Source of the DNA: Octopus sinensis
Lineage: Eukaryota
DNA length: 64,000 nt
Assembly (NCBI RefSeq): GCF_006345805.1
Contig: NC_043006.1
Coordinates: forward strand, 78,368,001-78,432,000
Reading direction: 5' to 3'
The notes under the pieces are model-generated. The model was not told the DNA's origin, made no database searches, and was given only the letters and a program-made list of their open reading frames with translations. Positions 13,882 to 27,380 of this stretch are shown here, in pieces. Each line of letters opens with the position of its first letter. The stretch's first letter is position 1. The position numbers were made by a program, and so were the translations under genes.

Positions 13882-14061
13882 ATATACATACATATATACG
13901 ACGGGCCTCTTTCAGTTTCCGTCTACCAAATCCACTCACAAGGCTTTGGTCGGCCCGAGGCTATAGTAGAAGACACTTGCCCAAGGTGCCACGCAGTGGG
14001 ACTGAACCCGGAACCATGTAGTTGGTAAACAAGCTACTTACCACACAGCCACTCCTGCGCC
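13631..14061 (-). mobile_element. SINE family A, minus-strand copy
   Basis: Other - copies: 29178-29599, 42892-43278, 53984-54334; fragments near 6570, 24190, 26790, 30580 and 32580. Confidence 0.9.
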
Positions 14062-14100
<39 letters not shown>

Positions 14101-14248
14101 ATATAATTACACATACGTATATATACATTCATGCATACATACATACCTACATGCACACATACGCACATACATATACATATATATATCTGCGTATATATAT
14201 GTATGTATAGGCAGACAGACAGACAGAGAGAGAGATTGATAGATAGAC

Positions 14249-14294
<46 letters not shown>

Positions 14295-14295
14295 T

Positions 14296-14346
<51 letters not shown>

Positions 14347-14759
14347 ACACCTTGAAACTCGGGTCCGTGTGTATCATGAGTTGAAGACGGGGAGGATGAT
14401 TCCCCTTCACAAATACTGAGAGGACACAGATAGTGTGTCTATAGCCAGCTGGAGGAGATATCTTCCTGGGGCTACAAACTACAGTAACATCCACCCTTAG
14501 GGGTTAACCATATTCAAATGGCAAATATGCGTCACGATATATATATATAAATTTATATAAATAAGGATAAGATCGTTATTTAAAATACTGATCATAGCAG
14601 GTGGCCAGCATGTGAATAACAACCTCATAGGTAATAATTATTATTAAAATTATAATTAATGCAAGATATAGTAGTCGAATATTGACTAAAAGCAAATTAA
14701 ATGTTCATACAGCACCAGGAGAGAAGACAGAAAAAATAAACTACCAAAAAGAAATTATT

Positions 14760-14827
14760 GGATAATTCCAGATCCCGGATTTCCGGATCCGCATAAGAAT
14801 TCTTTTGCCTTCATCAGTGGAATATTC
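14760..14827 (-). ncRNA. Type I hammerhead-like motif, inverted partner
   Basis: Minus strand reads GAATATTCCA-CTGATGA-AGG...CCG-GAAA-TCCGGGA-TC-TGGAATTATCC. Confidence 0.65.
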
Positions 14828-15000
14828 ATGTTTCAGCATATATATATATCTTTATATGTCCGAACAGAACTACATTGTGTATAATGGTACCGAAAAAATA
14901 AGGGGAGAATGCATGGTATTTTAAGTCCCAAAGCCGTTTCTGAGACCTCGGAATTAAGTAATAGTTATAATGCTGGCGGATGGAGAGTAAAAAATGTCAT

Positions 15001-15068
15001 GGATATTCCACTGATGAAAGCGAAGCATTTCTTATGCAGAGTCAGAAATCCGGGATCTGGAATTATCC
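15001..15068 (+). ncRNA. Type I hammerhead-like motif
   Basis: Stem I GGATATTCCA/TGGAATTATCC; CTGATGA 15011-15017; GAAA 15045-15048; palindromic stem III ATCC-G-GGAT; AUC triplet 15055-15057. Confidence 0.65.
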
Positions 15069-15753
15069 AATAATTTTTTTGCCAGTGTATTTTGTATCTT
15101 TGTCTTCTCTCCTGGTGCTGTATGAACATTTAATGTGGTTTTAGAGTCATGTTTGGCTGCTATATCTAGCATGGTGGTTTCTCTTAGATACCCTTAATTA
15201 TAATTTAATTTATATATTTTTTAATGCCCCCATATATATATGTAATTTAAAATATAAGCAATAATAAACTATAAAATAATTTTTTATGTTTCAAATGTTA
15301 AACAAAACTAACAGTAAGATGGAAAGTAATCCTTCCTAGTATAGGCACAAGGTTTTATATTTTGGGGGAGGAGACTAGTCAATTACATCGACCCCAGAGT
15401 TTTACTGGCACTTAATATATTGACACTGAAGGGACGAAATGCAGAGTCGAGCTCCGTGGAATTTGAACTCAGAACGTAAGGAAGGGCAAAATATCGCTAA
15501 GCATTTCGCCCAGCGGGCTAACGATTCTGTCAGTTCAGTGTCTTAGTAACATGGAAAATAATATTTATCTTTTTTGTGCTTCCAATTTATATTTCCGATC
15601 ATAAAAAACTACTTCGAATCTTATTCTAGCACGTTTAAAGTGATTACTTTTGTGCCGTGAGCCATATATCAATTCTGAGGTACCCATTATTCCTTTGATG
15701 CTCTACGCACGTGCTTATTTTGCATAATGGTTAATCTAGCTCTGTATGCATAT

Positions 15754-15790
<37 letters not shown>

Positions 15791-15792
<2 letters not shown>

Positions 15793-16300
15793 CTAGCAGT
15801 ATCGCCGGCGTTGCTCGGGTTTGTAAGGGAGATAACTATATAAGCATTTTTAGAGAGTTACTTCCTTATAGATGCCAATTTGGGCTTTCTTAGCCATTTC
15901 TGTTTTGGTGTCTTCAAGCCATGAAGTCGTGTTTAAAAGAACGCTGGTCTCCTTGACAACGCTTTACGACGTTGATTTCCTTACACTCCCTTCCCCACAG
16001 CTTCACGAAGGAGGGAAGAAGAGAGAGAAGCAAACAGGTGCAGGTGTGACCATGGACGCCAACTCCGCCGCCATCGACACACGAAAAATTGTGCATTAAA
16101 ATGGAATAAAAAATGATGTTAAATTATTTTAAAAATCGTAGACTCATTGTAGACGCGCGCTAATACTCAGACGGGCTCGATATTAATCACGACTATAAGA
16201 TACCCGAATTTGGTTAAACTGCACCGCAAAATGTGGGAGTAGTTAGGAATCTAAATCGAAGGGGACAGACACTCACACAACTACAGTTTTATATATATAG
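15791..16300 (+). mobile_element. Helentron-associated (HINE/DINE-like) non-autonomous element, copy 1
   Basis: 5' TACTAGCAGTATCGCCGGCGTTGCTCGGG; 3' CAGACACTCACACAACT...TTTTATATATATAG. Family call is from the terminal pattern. Confidence 0.6.
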
Positions 16301-16384
16301 ATATATGTATATATGTATATATATATGTATATATATATGTATGTATATGTATATGTATAGATATATATATATCTATATATATAT

Positions 16385-16426
<42 letters not shown>

Positions 16427-16439
16427 GTATATATTTATA

Positions 16440-16946
16440 TATATAAAACTCTAGTTGTGTGAGTGTCTGTCCCCTTCGATTTAGATTCCTAACACTCCCA
16501 CATTTTGCGGTGCAGTTTACCAAATTCGGGTATCTTATAGTCGTGATTCATATCGAGCCCGTCTGCCTATTACCGCGCGTCTACGATGAGTCTACGATTT
16601 TAAAAATAATTTAACATCATTTTTTATTCCATTTTAATGCATAATTTTTCGTGTGTCGATGGCGGCTGAGTTGGCGTCCATGGTCACACCTGCACCTGTT
16701 TGCTTCTCCCCCTTCTTCCCTCCCTCGTGAAGCTGTGGGGAAGAGAGTGTAAAGAAATCAACGTCGTAATGCGTTGTCAAGGAGACCAGCGTTCTTTAAG
16801 AACAACGACTTCATGGCTTGAAGACACCAAAACAGAAATGGGTAAGAAAGCCCGAATTGGCATCTATAAGGGAAGTAACTCTCTAAAAATGCTTATATAG
16901 TTATTTCCCTTACAAACCCGAGCAACGCCGGGCGATACTGATAGTA
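16440..16946 (-). mobile_element. HINE-like element, copy 2 (inverted relative to copy 1)
   Basis: Reverse complement of 15791-16300 over about 500 bp with scattered substitutions. Confidence 0.6.
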
Positions 16947-17057
16947 TATATATATTTGTGTATATATATATGTATTTATATATATATATATTTTTGTGTA
17001 TATATATATGTATTTACATATATATATATTGTGTATGTATATATGTATTTATATATT

Positions 17058-17124
<67 letters not shown>

Positions 17125-17596
17125 TTCAAACAAATAACAATATATGTATATATATATATCAAACAAAATAACAAAATCCAGCAATAGCTCAAAGAATTTA
17201 AGAGTTAATATTATTAGGTTATCGCTCAACGATAGAAAATTAGAAAGAAAATGTTATTTAATGAATTAGTAAATGCCGAAGTATAAGTGTGTAGCGTCTC
17301 GGACAGTATGCAGTATGCTTCTTCGGGTACCAGAGGGAAATGAGGAAAGCCTGGGAAGAGACGGAGACGGAAGAGGTGCAAGAGAGGAATGGAAATTAAA
17401 CAAAGAATAAAGCCAGGATAAAGAAACATGAAAGTTGAATTCACATGTTTGACCTCAGACTATCCGGAAGTGAAAGAGTTGACTGTGATTTCAACTGCAA
17501 GAAAGTCATACAGGAGTGCCCACTACTGTGCGTTATGTTAAGTGTGCACGTATGTATGAGGGTACACACACATGTAAGTGTGTGCTCATACATAAA

Positions 17597-17657
<61 letters not shown>

Positions 17658-17668
17658 TTATATACCTG

Positions 17669-17714
<46 letters not shown>

Positions 17715-17940
17715 TTATATACCTGTATATATATATATATATTATATATATATATATATTATATATATAAGCGTAGGAGTGGCTGTGTGGTAGGTAGCTT
17801 GCTTGCGAATCACATGGTTCCAGGTTCAGTCCCACTGCGTGGCACTTTGGGCAAGTGTCTTCTACTATAGTCTCGGGCCGACCAAAACCTTGTGAGTGGA
17901 TTTGGTGGACGGAAATTGAAAGAAGCCCGTAGTATATATG

Positions 17941-17992
<52 letters not shown>

Positions 17993-18648
17993 TTATGTTT
18001 GTGTGTGTGTTTGTCCCACCACCCAACATCGCTTGACAACCGATGCTGATGTGTTTACGTCCCAGTAAGTTAGTGGTTCGGCAAAAGAGACCGATAGAAT
18101 AAGTACTAGGCTTACAAAGAATAAGTCCTTGGGTCGATTTGCTCGACTAAAGGAGGTGCTCCAACATGGCCACAGTCAAATTACTGAAACAAGTAAAAGG
18201 GTAAAGAGTATATATATATATAAAGTTAAGGAAGAAATTTTTCATTCACAGACGCAAGATAATGTGAATAATATAGCATGATAGGTATATGTTAATATAC
18301 ATACATACATACATATCGCGAGGACGTGATACATGCAATGTATTAAAATACGATCAGTGAAGGAGAGAAAGGGTATTTACGGTTCGAGCAAAGTTCTTGT
18401 TCATAAACAGGAAAAAGAGGAAAGTCCAAGAGAAAATGAAGACAGGGGGAAAAAGTCGCCAACAATCCAAAGCTCTTCTGAAGAAGAGCTTTCCTCGGAA
18501 CTTTGATGTGTTCGGGCCTTTTATGTAGGACATTAGACGTGGAGCTTGGAGATGTGGAACTTGTTGAGATGAACAAAGATCTTGGAACCTGTAAACAAAC
18601 CTAGCTCAAGATATTACATAAATGAAGTTAAAATCGGACTCCACTTAC

Positions 18649-18764
18649 CAGAGATTATTTCAGTTGAGTTGAATGCATGTATGTCGTTTAACCGCACAAA
18701 TTTTGACGTGCCATCCCAGAAATTCTCCAACTGACCGCCTTTCTTTGGCAAACGCATTAAGGAA
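18649..18764 (-). CDS. LRP-like gene, exon 13 (last confidently traced)
   Basis: Acceptor TTTCTTGACAG| then (N)SLMRLPKKGGQLENFWDGTSKFVRLNDIHAFNSTEIIS, donor G|GTAAGT. 116 nt, phase 2 to 1; completes the sixth blade. Confidence 0.88.
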
Positions 18765-19777
18765 CTGTCAAGAAATATATATTACATTATTCATAGTCAT
18801 CACACTATACAAGTTTTTCACCCTTCACATCAATATATTTACACACAGATATAGGCATACACACAAACATGCAAACAAATATGTGTGTGTGAAGGTGCGT
18901 GATCTAGTGGCAATGAATGTTAGGCTTATAATCAAGTGTTCAATTACTATCCTGGGAAGCATGTTGTGTACTGCAGAAAAGTGTACTAATTCAAGTTGCT
19001 GAAAAGCGAGAATCATCTAAGTGTTGATGCAAATCCCTTCCCTTTCATCTTTCATATCCTCGACGTTCTTCAGTTTCAAGCTTTGAAGGATCGAGAGTGT
19101 GTCTATGTTTGTTATTTCTTTACTACCCACAAGGGGCTAAACACAGAGAGGACAAACAAGGACAGACAAAGGGATTAAGGCGATTACATCGACTCCAGTG
19201 CGTAACTGGTACTTAAATTATCGACCCTGAAAGAACGAAAGGCAAATTCGACCTTGGCGGAATTTTAACTCAGAACGTAACGGCAGTCAAAATACCCCTA
19301 GGCATTTCACCCGGCGTGCAACCGATCCTGCCAGCTCGCCGCCTTAAATAGTGTGTCTATGTTTGTGAGAGTCTGCGTGTATAATTATTTTCGTGTGTTT
19401 GTATATTTAGACACCTATCACATGTATGATAAAAAAAAAAATAACTGTATAGGCGATTTTACACCATTTCTTTATGGATTCCATGATTTCTTTATTTTTT
19501 TGCATTCTACTAATGGAAGAGAATTATTTTCTTTCTTGTGCTAATGCATAAATGGAAGAAGAAACATTATATGCGCTCTCAATTCACCAATAACCGTCTT
19601 CGTGGTTGCTTGCTCGAAAATACTTTCTGTATGTTTAAAGCAACGGTTTATAGATTAAAATATCACAGCGCCTTTTCTTATCTCTTAATAAGTCAAAAGT
19701 TTCATTTCGTCCGTTACTAATTTTTTATTTAATTTAAGCTACAACATTTAAGGTACAACAGCAGATCGTGATTTTAC

Positions 19778-20008
19778 TTTTTCTATAGTATCGAAATTGC
19801 AATACGTTCTTTTATCGTAGGGGATATGTGCAGTAAAGTCGAACCAGCCGCCACTGGTAAGCGAGTAGGGATTGGTAACATGTACCCTGCTTTTGATAAC
19901 TGTTTTAGCTGCTATGTAGTAAGGGATAAATACATCCACCCTTCTCCCACTTGACCCAGCGAAACATCTAGTGTATGACAGCTTGGGGTAAAGAGTCTGC
20001 ACCAGTAC
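19778..20008 (-). other. Orphan exon-like open frame inside the phase-2 intron (possible ZP-N-like peptide)
   Basis: Acceptor GTCTTGTTATGAATCTACCAG|, then 77 codons VLVQTLYPKLSYTRCFAGSSGRRVDVFIPY...GGWFDFTAHIPYDKRTYCNFDTIEK, then |GTAAAA. Non-repetitive and protein-like. The domain call is inference only. Confidence 0.4.
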
Positions 20009-20325
20009 CTGGTAGATTCATAACAAGACACAAAACACCACCCGATCTAGGAATTGAACCAAAGACTTCACGATCACGCACTAATCTCTAAGCCACATGG
20101 CTTCGCCTTGATGACTATATGTATCCTAAATTAAACAACAACCACTACATTTCTAAGTGTCGGATGTAATATGTTAATTATTAAGAACAAATGCCGAATC
20201 TTTAAATCAATACTATATCTATTTTTCAGTTCTATTGTCTAATTTGGTGTGCTTTGATGGTTGTTCTTTTCAGAAAACTCAGTCGTATGGAAGCAGTAAT
20301 TCAACTAATATTAGTTGAGGGGGGC

Positions 20326-20746
20326 GGATCTTTTTGGTTTGAACGGCAGTTTTTAACATAATTTCTAGGTAACTAAAAAATGTTAAACTTCGTATACTGG
20401 TAGAATGTGTTTATAAAACATCTTTTTCTCTTGGCTTTAATGAGAAAATTCTATAGTTTGTAAGATATTTGGTCTTTAATTTCTTGCATTTCGGCACTTT
20501 CAACCAATCAATGACCGTCTATTGAGGTGAAAATATTCTGTGCCGTATGAATATGTCCCTCGTTTAAGAAACAGATTGGGTTTATTTACATTTGTGAAGA
20601 AAAAAAGATACCCCCACCCCTAACCCTAACTAACCCTGACCCTAAAACAGATTGAAATGTAATAGATCGATTCTAGGGTCATAATTATGGGTGACAATTT
20701 CATATGACACCGCTAGAAAAAACTGCCGTTCAAACCGAAAAGTTCC
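20326..20746 (+). mobile_element. Merlin-like MITE, copy 1
   Basis: TIR GGATCTTTTTGGTTTGAACGGCAG / CTGCCGTTCAAACCGAAAAGTTCC; flanks GAGGGGGGC and GAGTGGGGC (9-bp TSD, one mismatch); internal CCCTAA repeats. Confidence 0.65.
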
Positions 20747-21435
20747 GAGTGGGGCTGCTATGGTTTTACATTATCACTGTGTGCGACAGCATAAATGTTT
20801 TTAATGTATTACGGCCAACGAGAATCTACACCGGACTACAATTAACTAATACAGTAGGTGTCGTATTATACGCTACAAAGACAGGGCGTGCGAATGACAG
20901 TTTTGGCCAACTCGTAAAAAGAACACAAGCAGCCAGTTCCCATCAAACATCAAACCACACCTAAATATCTCAAAAAAAAAACAGAAATAGATAATACATA
21001 ATAAAAACAGAACTATACAATTTAAATAACACTCCTCTCATACATTGTCTGAAAATAAGATGGAATGCTCATGGCCGAAACGATTTGATCATAAACGTCA
21101 TATTGTTGTTTAGCCCAGGGTCAACCAATTCTGAGATTACATTGGTTTAAACAACAATAACTACGACATGCTTTAGAATCCTGCCTATTATAGGCACAAG
21201 GCCTGATATTCTAGAATGAGGCTAGCGGATTACATCGAGTCTAGAATAACACTGGTACTTATTTTATTGACCGCCAAAAGGATGAAAAGCAAAGTCGATC
21301 CCGGCAGAGTTTGAACTCAGAAAGTAAAATTAGAAGACAGACCGCTAAGTATTTTGTGCCGCCTGCCAACGATTCTGCCAGCGCTCTATCTTGAAGTTAT
21401 ATTATTATAAAGCGTTGTTAATATAACTAAATCGA

Positions 21436-21660
21436 AGGTGGCGAGTTGCCGGGATCGCTAGCACGCCAGACAAACTGCTTAGCGGCATTTCGTCTCTCCT
21501 TACGTTGTGAGTTCAAATTCCGCTGAGGTTGACTTTGCCCTTCATCCCTTCAGGATCGATAAAGTAAGTACCAGTTGAGCACTGGAGCTGAGCAGCAGGG
21601 GGCAATGTAATCGATTTACTTCCCTTCCCCTAAAATTGCTGAATTTGTGCCAAAATATTT
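21436..21660 (+). mobile_element. SINE family B, the only + strand copy seen
   Basis: GGTGGCGAGTTGCCGGGATCGCTAGCACGCC...GAGTTCAAATTCCGCTGAGG... Confidence 0.8.
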
Positions 21661-23763
21661 AATCATTATAACTAAATCCAATTCCAATGAGACATGATTA
21701 CTCACATTTCAAAAACTGATACTTCTTTGGTTAAAACGATGCAGGTTCCAGTTGATCCGATCCAAGGAACAACCTGCTAGTGAAATTATCTTGCAAGTGG
21801 CTCAGTACTCCACATTAACATGTACCCTTAACGAAGTTCTCAAGGGAATTGAGCGTGACGCAAAATGTAACAAGGCCGGCCCTTTGAATTACAGGTATAA
21901 ATCATTTTTGCCAGCTGAATGAACTGAAGCAACGTGAAATAAGGTGCCTTGTTCAAGGACACAAGCGCCGCCAAGAATCGAACTCACGCCCTTACGATCG
22001 GGAACCCACTATCCCTAACCACCAAGCCACGTGCCTTCACTACTCATATGTAAACCATCCCATTCTATTATAGGCACAAGGCCTTAACTTGCGAAGGGTT
22101 GGGATAGTTGATTACATCCCACCCCCGTACAAAACTAGTACTTATTTTAATGACCCCGAAAGGATGAAAGGGAAAGTCGACCTCGACGGAATTTAAACCC
22201 AGAAAGTAAAGACAGGCGAAATGCCGCTAAGCCATTTACTTACACTTCTGATGCCCTGATTTCAAATCTCGTCGAAAATGAATTTGCTTTCCATTCGGTT
22301 GAAATCGGTATATTTTGTGGTATTGAGGCTATGTTAGATAATCAGTATATACGCGTACTATTTTGAGAATGTCCCCCCCCTTCTGTTTTCTTTATAAAAA
22401 ACTAGTTTGTGTTCTTTAATATATACTATGAGAAGAACTAACTTTGCTAATTTTCTATGCACTACTTTTTAAAATCTTTTAAATTATTATTTGACTGTGG
22501 TCATACTGGAGCACCGCCTTGAAAAGTAAAGTCGAACAAATCGATCCCAGTATTTATTTTTAAATCTACAACTTATTCTGCTGATACAGTTCTATAGTTA
22601 AGAGATGAGGAATTAAGTACATTATTTACATTATTTATATTCGACGATATTTGTCCTCATCTTGTTTGTTGTTAACACAACGTTTCGGCTGATATACCTT
22701 CCAGCCTATGTCTAATATTTTTCTATAGAAAATATTAGATTTAAAAGCCCTAAAATTCATCCATAATTGCCCACGGCCATATGGCATAGTGGTTAAGAGA
22801 GAGGGGCTACTAACCCCAAGATTCCGAGTTCGAAGCAGTGACCGGAACAACAATTATAATAATAGTAATAACATGGAAAATGCCTTAGGAATGAGAACCC
22901 AGGCTGGAGGATATATCAACCGAAACGTTGTGTTAACAACAAACAAAATGAAGACAAATATTTAATGTTATTCTGCTGATTCTTTTGCCTAACTGCTAGA
23001 TTATGGGGACGTCCACAAACCAACAGCAGTTGTCAAGTGGAAGCGAGGAACAAACATAAGCTCAAGAACATACGCATACAACAAACACATACACACACAC
23101 ACACACACATATACATTTCTTTATTGCCCACAAGGGGCTAAACATAGAGGGGACAAACAAAGGGATTAAGTCGATTACATCGACCCCAGTGCGTAACTGG
23201 TACTTTATTTATCGACCCCGGAAAGATGAAAGGCAAAGTCGACCTCGGCGGAATTTGAACTCAGAACGTAACGGCAGACGAAACACGGCTGCGCATTTCG
23301 CCCGGCGTGCTAACATTTCTGCCAGCTCGCCGAGGCTTCCACACAGTTCCTGCCTACCAAATTCATTCATAAGGTGCTTCACGGTGGGACTGATTCAGGA
23401 ACTACACGATATCAAAAGGAGCTCATTAATCACAGTACAATGACTTAGATTGTTCTTCCATTGTGTTTCTTTGTATCTGTTTCTGTCGATGACATTTTAA
23501 TCTTTATCCGCTTTCTTTTACTCGTTCTATTTATGTTTTCAATTTACATGTTTGTTCTTATTTCTAAGTATTTATACTTAGTTCCTCTTTCACTTTCATC
23601 ACTAAAACTGAAACACGTCAACAGCTGTTTTTCTCTTTAAAGTCCTTAGCAAGTATATATATTGACGTCTCATAATCTTTCTGTTGATATGTCTAGGCAT
23701 GCGCTGTTGTATTGTTACTTGAATAAACTTAGACAAAGTAGAACTATTGCAGGAAAATCATTA

Positions 23764-23795
<32 letters not shown>

Positions 23796-24402
23796 ATATC
23801 CGCTTTTCTAATTGTGCATGCTTTTTGAAAATATTTTGCATCCTGAAACAATAATAACAATTGTTTCTTTTCGATCTCCAAAGCCTCTAGAGTCATTAAT
23901 ATAATATAAGGATTGCTTTTTAGGTTATTCACCGTATTGATATTATTTTCTCCACTTCCCGCATTCTCTCTTATAATCGTTTCAATGTTTTTTTTTTCCC
24001 TTGTCTATTTTTGTTTATGAGTATTCATTTTGTTTTCCTTTCCCTACATCTACTACAAATTCTCTCACAGCGCAGTGATTGGCCGAAGGTGCCACGCAGT
24101 CAGACTTAATTAGAATGCACATGGTTTTACAGAGTGAACTATTTTTATCCACACCCCACGCCTGCACCTATATTTTTTTTTTTTTTTTGTACTTGTTTCC
24201 GTCATTTGATTGCGGCCATGCTGGAGCACCGCCTTTTTAGAGTGGTGAAAGACTACAGCAGGGATCACCACCTCCTGCCGGAGCCTCGTGGAGCTTTTAG
24301 GTGTTTTCGCTCAATAAACACACACAACGCCTGGTCTGGGGATCGAAACCGCGATCCTCCGACCGCAAGTCCGCTGCCCTAACCACTAGGCCATTGCGCC
24401 TC

Positions 24403-24591
<189 letters not shown>

Positions 24592-26580
24592 CATGGATCG
24601 ATCGATGGATTGATGGATAGATCGATGGATGGATATATCTATCAGTCACGCTTGCGCCTATATACATATTTGGCGCAAGCGTGGCCGTATGGGAAGAAAT
24701 TTGCTTCCCCACCACTTGCTTCCCCACCTCAGGTGTCTTGTGCTATAGCCTCGGGCCGACCAAATCATTGTGAATGGATTTGATAGACGGAGACTGAAAG
24801 AAACCCGCCGCATGTGCGTGTGTTTGGGGGTGGGGGGGGGCGGTTTGGGTCTAAGTCTTCCCCCATCCCACCCCATAGCTTAACAACCAATGTTTACGTG
24901 TTTCCGTAACTTAGCAGTTCGCCGAGACTGATAGAATAACAAAAAATAAGGACTAGGGTCGATTCATTTAACTAAAACGAATTCTTCAAGGCGGTGCCAC
25001 ATGATGGCCGCTGCTTTTTGACTGTACCTTTGTTCAAATTCAGTAATTTATCAGTTTTCTTTATCTAACCGTATACACAAAGTTTTACTCTCTTTAGAAG
25101 AAATTCTTAGATATTTTGCTCCTAGTAATTTTCACAGATATTCCGTAAAGTGTACGCTGTTAGCAAGAACTTGTTCAACAGGTTTTCGTTTTGTGAATTT
25201 TTCCAAGTTGATTGTGGTAAAACCTATTGTTAATGCCCATCCTATGACAATAATATTTGCACTCAGTTCTTTATTTAAAAGTGTTTTATGACCGTGTGGT
25301 CGATATTTTATTTATTACTGGATAGAAAAATTGATAGAGCTCCAAACAAAATGCCCTGTAGTTTTTAGTTAAAGCCACCTACATTCTGCGTTTAACCCTC
25401 GTGTGGTGGGCTCGACCTTGTTTCTCATTATAAACATGTCAATTTCCGGCACTCTGAATAGACTCTACCTTTCCAATAAGTATGTGACCTTGACTCAACG
25501 ATAGCAACTACTATTAACTTACTTCAAAATTAATTGACCACCAAGCAGCTACATTTTTTTACATATGATGCATATCATGCAGAATTAATGTGTATGACGC
25601 AAATCTCTGGCAAGCAAGTTTTACTACAAACCTCACAGGACTCATCTGCAGAAGTGAATGGATTACTTGCATATAACTATGTTGTTAATGTGGCATCTGT
25701 CTTCAGCCAGCTAGACTAAGCTATCAAATGCTAAAGTCCTAAACATGACTAAATAATGATTTCAAATTTTGGCACAAGGCCAGCAATTTCCTGAGTGGGG
25801 AAAATGTCGATTAGGTCTACCCCAGTGTTCAACCGGTACATATTTTATCATAGGCAAGGTCGAACTCGATGGAATTTGAACTAAGAACTAAACACAAGTG
25901 AAATGCCTCAAAGCATTTTGGCCAGAGTAAAAACGTTTCTTATTTCTTTATTGCCCACAAAGGGCTAAACATAGAGGGGACAAACAAGGACAGACAAAGG
26001 GATTAAGTCAATTACATCGACCACAGTGCATAACTGGTACTTAATTTATCGACTCCGAAAGGATGAAAGGCAAATTTGACCTCGTCGGAATTTGAACTCA
26101 GAACGTAACGGCAGACGAAATACCTTTTTCTTTACTACCCACAAGGGGCTAAACACAGAGGAAACGAACAAGGACAGACAAACGGATTAAGTCGATTACA
26201 TCGACATCAGTGCGTAACTGGTACGTATTTAATCGACTCCGAAAGGATGAAAGGCAAAGTTAACATCCGCGGAATTTGAACTCAGAACGTAGCAACAGAC
26301 GAAATACCGCTAAGCATTTCACCCGGCGTGCTAACGTTTCCGCCAACTCGCTACCTCCAGCATGACTATATAACAACAGAACTGGGACATGAATTAACAA
26401 ATTTCTCAGTTGACTAAAGAGTAGCGTAAAACATTGTTCTCTTAATAACATTTTCTCTTGCTGTACCTAAAAGAAACATCGTCTTTCACTTATATTTGTA
26501 ATGTATGAAAGATATGTGTGTGTGTGTTTGTATGTAGATATATATGTATGTATATTCATATGCATGTGTATATATGTATA

Positions 26581-26632
<52 letters not shown>

Positions 26633-26738
26633 CATATATGTGTGTTTATGTGTATACATGTACATCTGTAAAATACCAAAGAAATTCGACGCCTCTAAAG
26701 TTTGTTTACATATCTATGTATATATTTTATATTACATC

Positions 26739-26793
<55 letters not shown>

Positions 26794-27223
26794 GCTAAGG
26801 TTCTTTCAGTTTCCGTCTGTCAAATCCACTCAAAGGCCTTGGTTAGCCCGCGGCTATAGTAGAAGACACTTGCCCAAGGTACTCCGCAGTGAGACTGAGC
26901 CCGGAACCAAGTGGTTAGGAAGCAAGCTTCTCACCACAGAGCCACTGTGTGTATATGCATATATATATATATATATATATATATAATCTCGTTTCTGTAC
27001 ATATGATTGCATTGTACACTATACCCTTTTTCTAATTCAAGTCTACAGTATGCAACAGGAGAACTGCACTGTAACCATTTCTTGTCGAAATAGTTTTGTA
27101 AATTTGGTCCTTATTACTTAGATTTCTGATCAGTTCTGATTTAATGAGCTATAAATACGTTCTAGTTGTGACTATGCCGAAGAAAATATTTTCCCATATT
27201 ACAAGTCATAATGTTATACTTAC

Positions 27224-27380
27224 TTTCGTGACCAGTCTGTAAGGTAAAGGTAATCACCAGACAGAGCAATACCAAAATAATGGGCGTCCGATTCATTGTA
27301 GAGTATATATTGATGCTTGCCGTCAGTGGTCATCGAAGCAATTTTGTTGGAGCGGGCATCAACCCAGTATAATCGCTTCT
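27224..27380 (-). CDS. LRP-like gene, exon 12
   Basis: (E)KRLYWVDARSNKIASMTTDGKHQYILYNESDAHYFGIALSGDYLYLTDWSR. 157 nt, phase 1 to 2, donor AA|GTAAGT. Confidence 0.95.

Noticed and set aside
18530-18588. Possible terminal exon after a 60-nt intron (GSKIFVHLNKFHISKLHV*)
   Set aside because: The intron is very short for this locus, the peptide is not domain-like, and it runs into a Penelope-like fragment. Not excluded, but unsupported.
25523-25665. AG...GT-bounded segment in the exon 12-13 intron
   Set aside because: All three frames contain stops.
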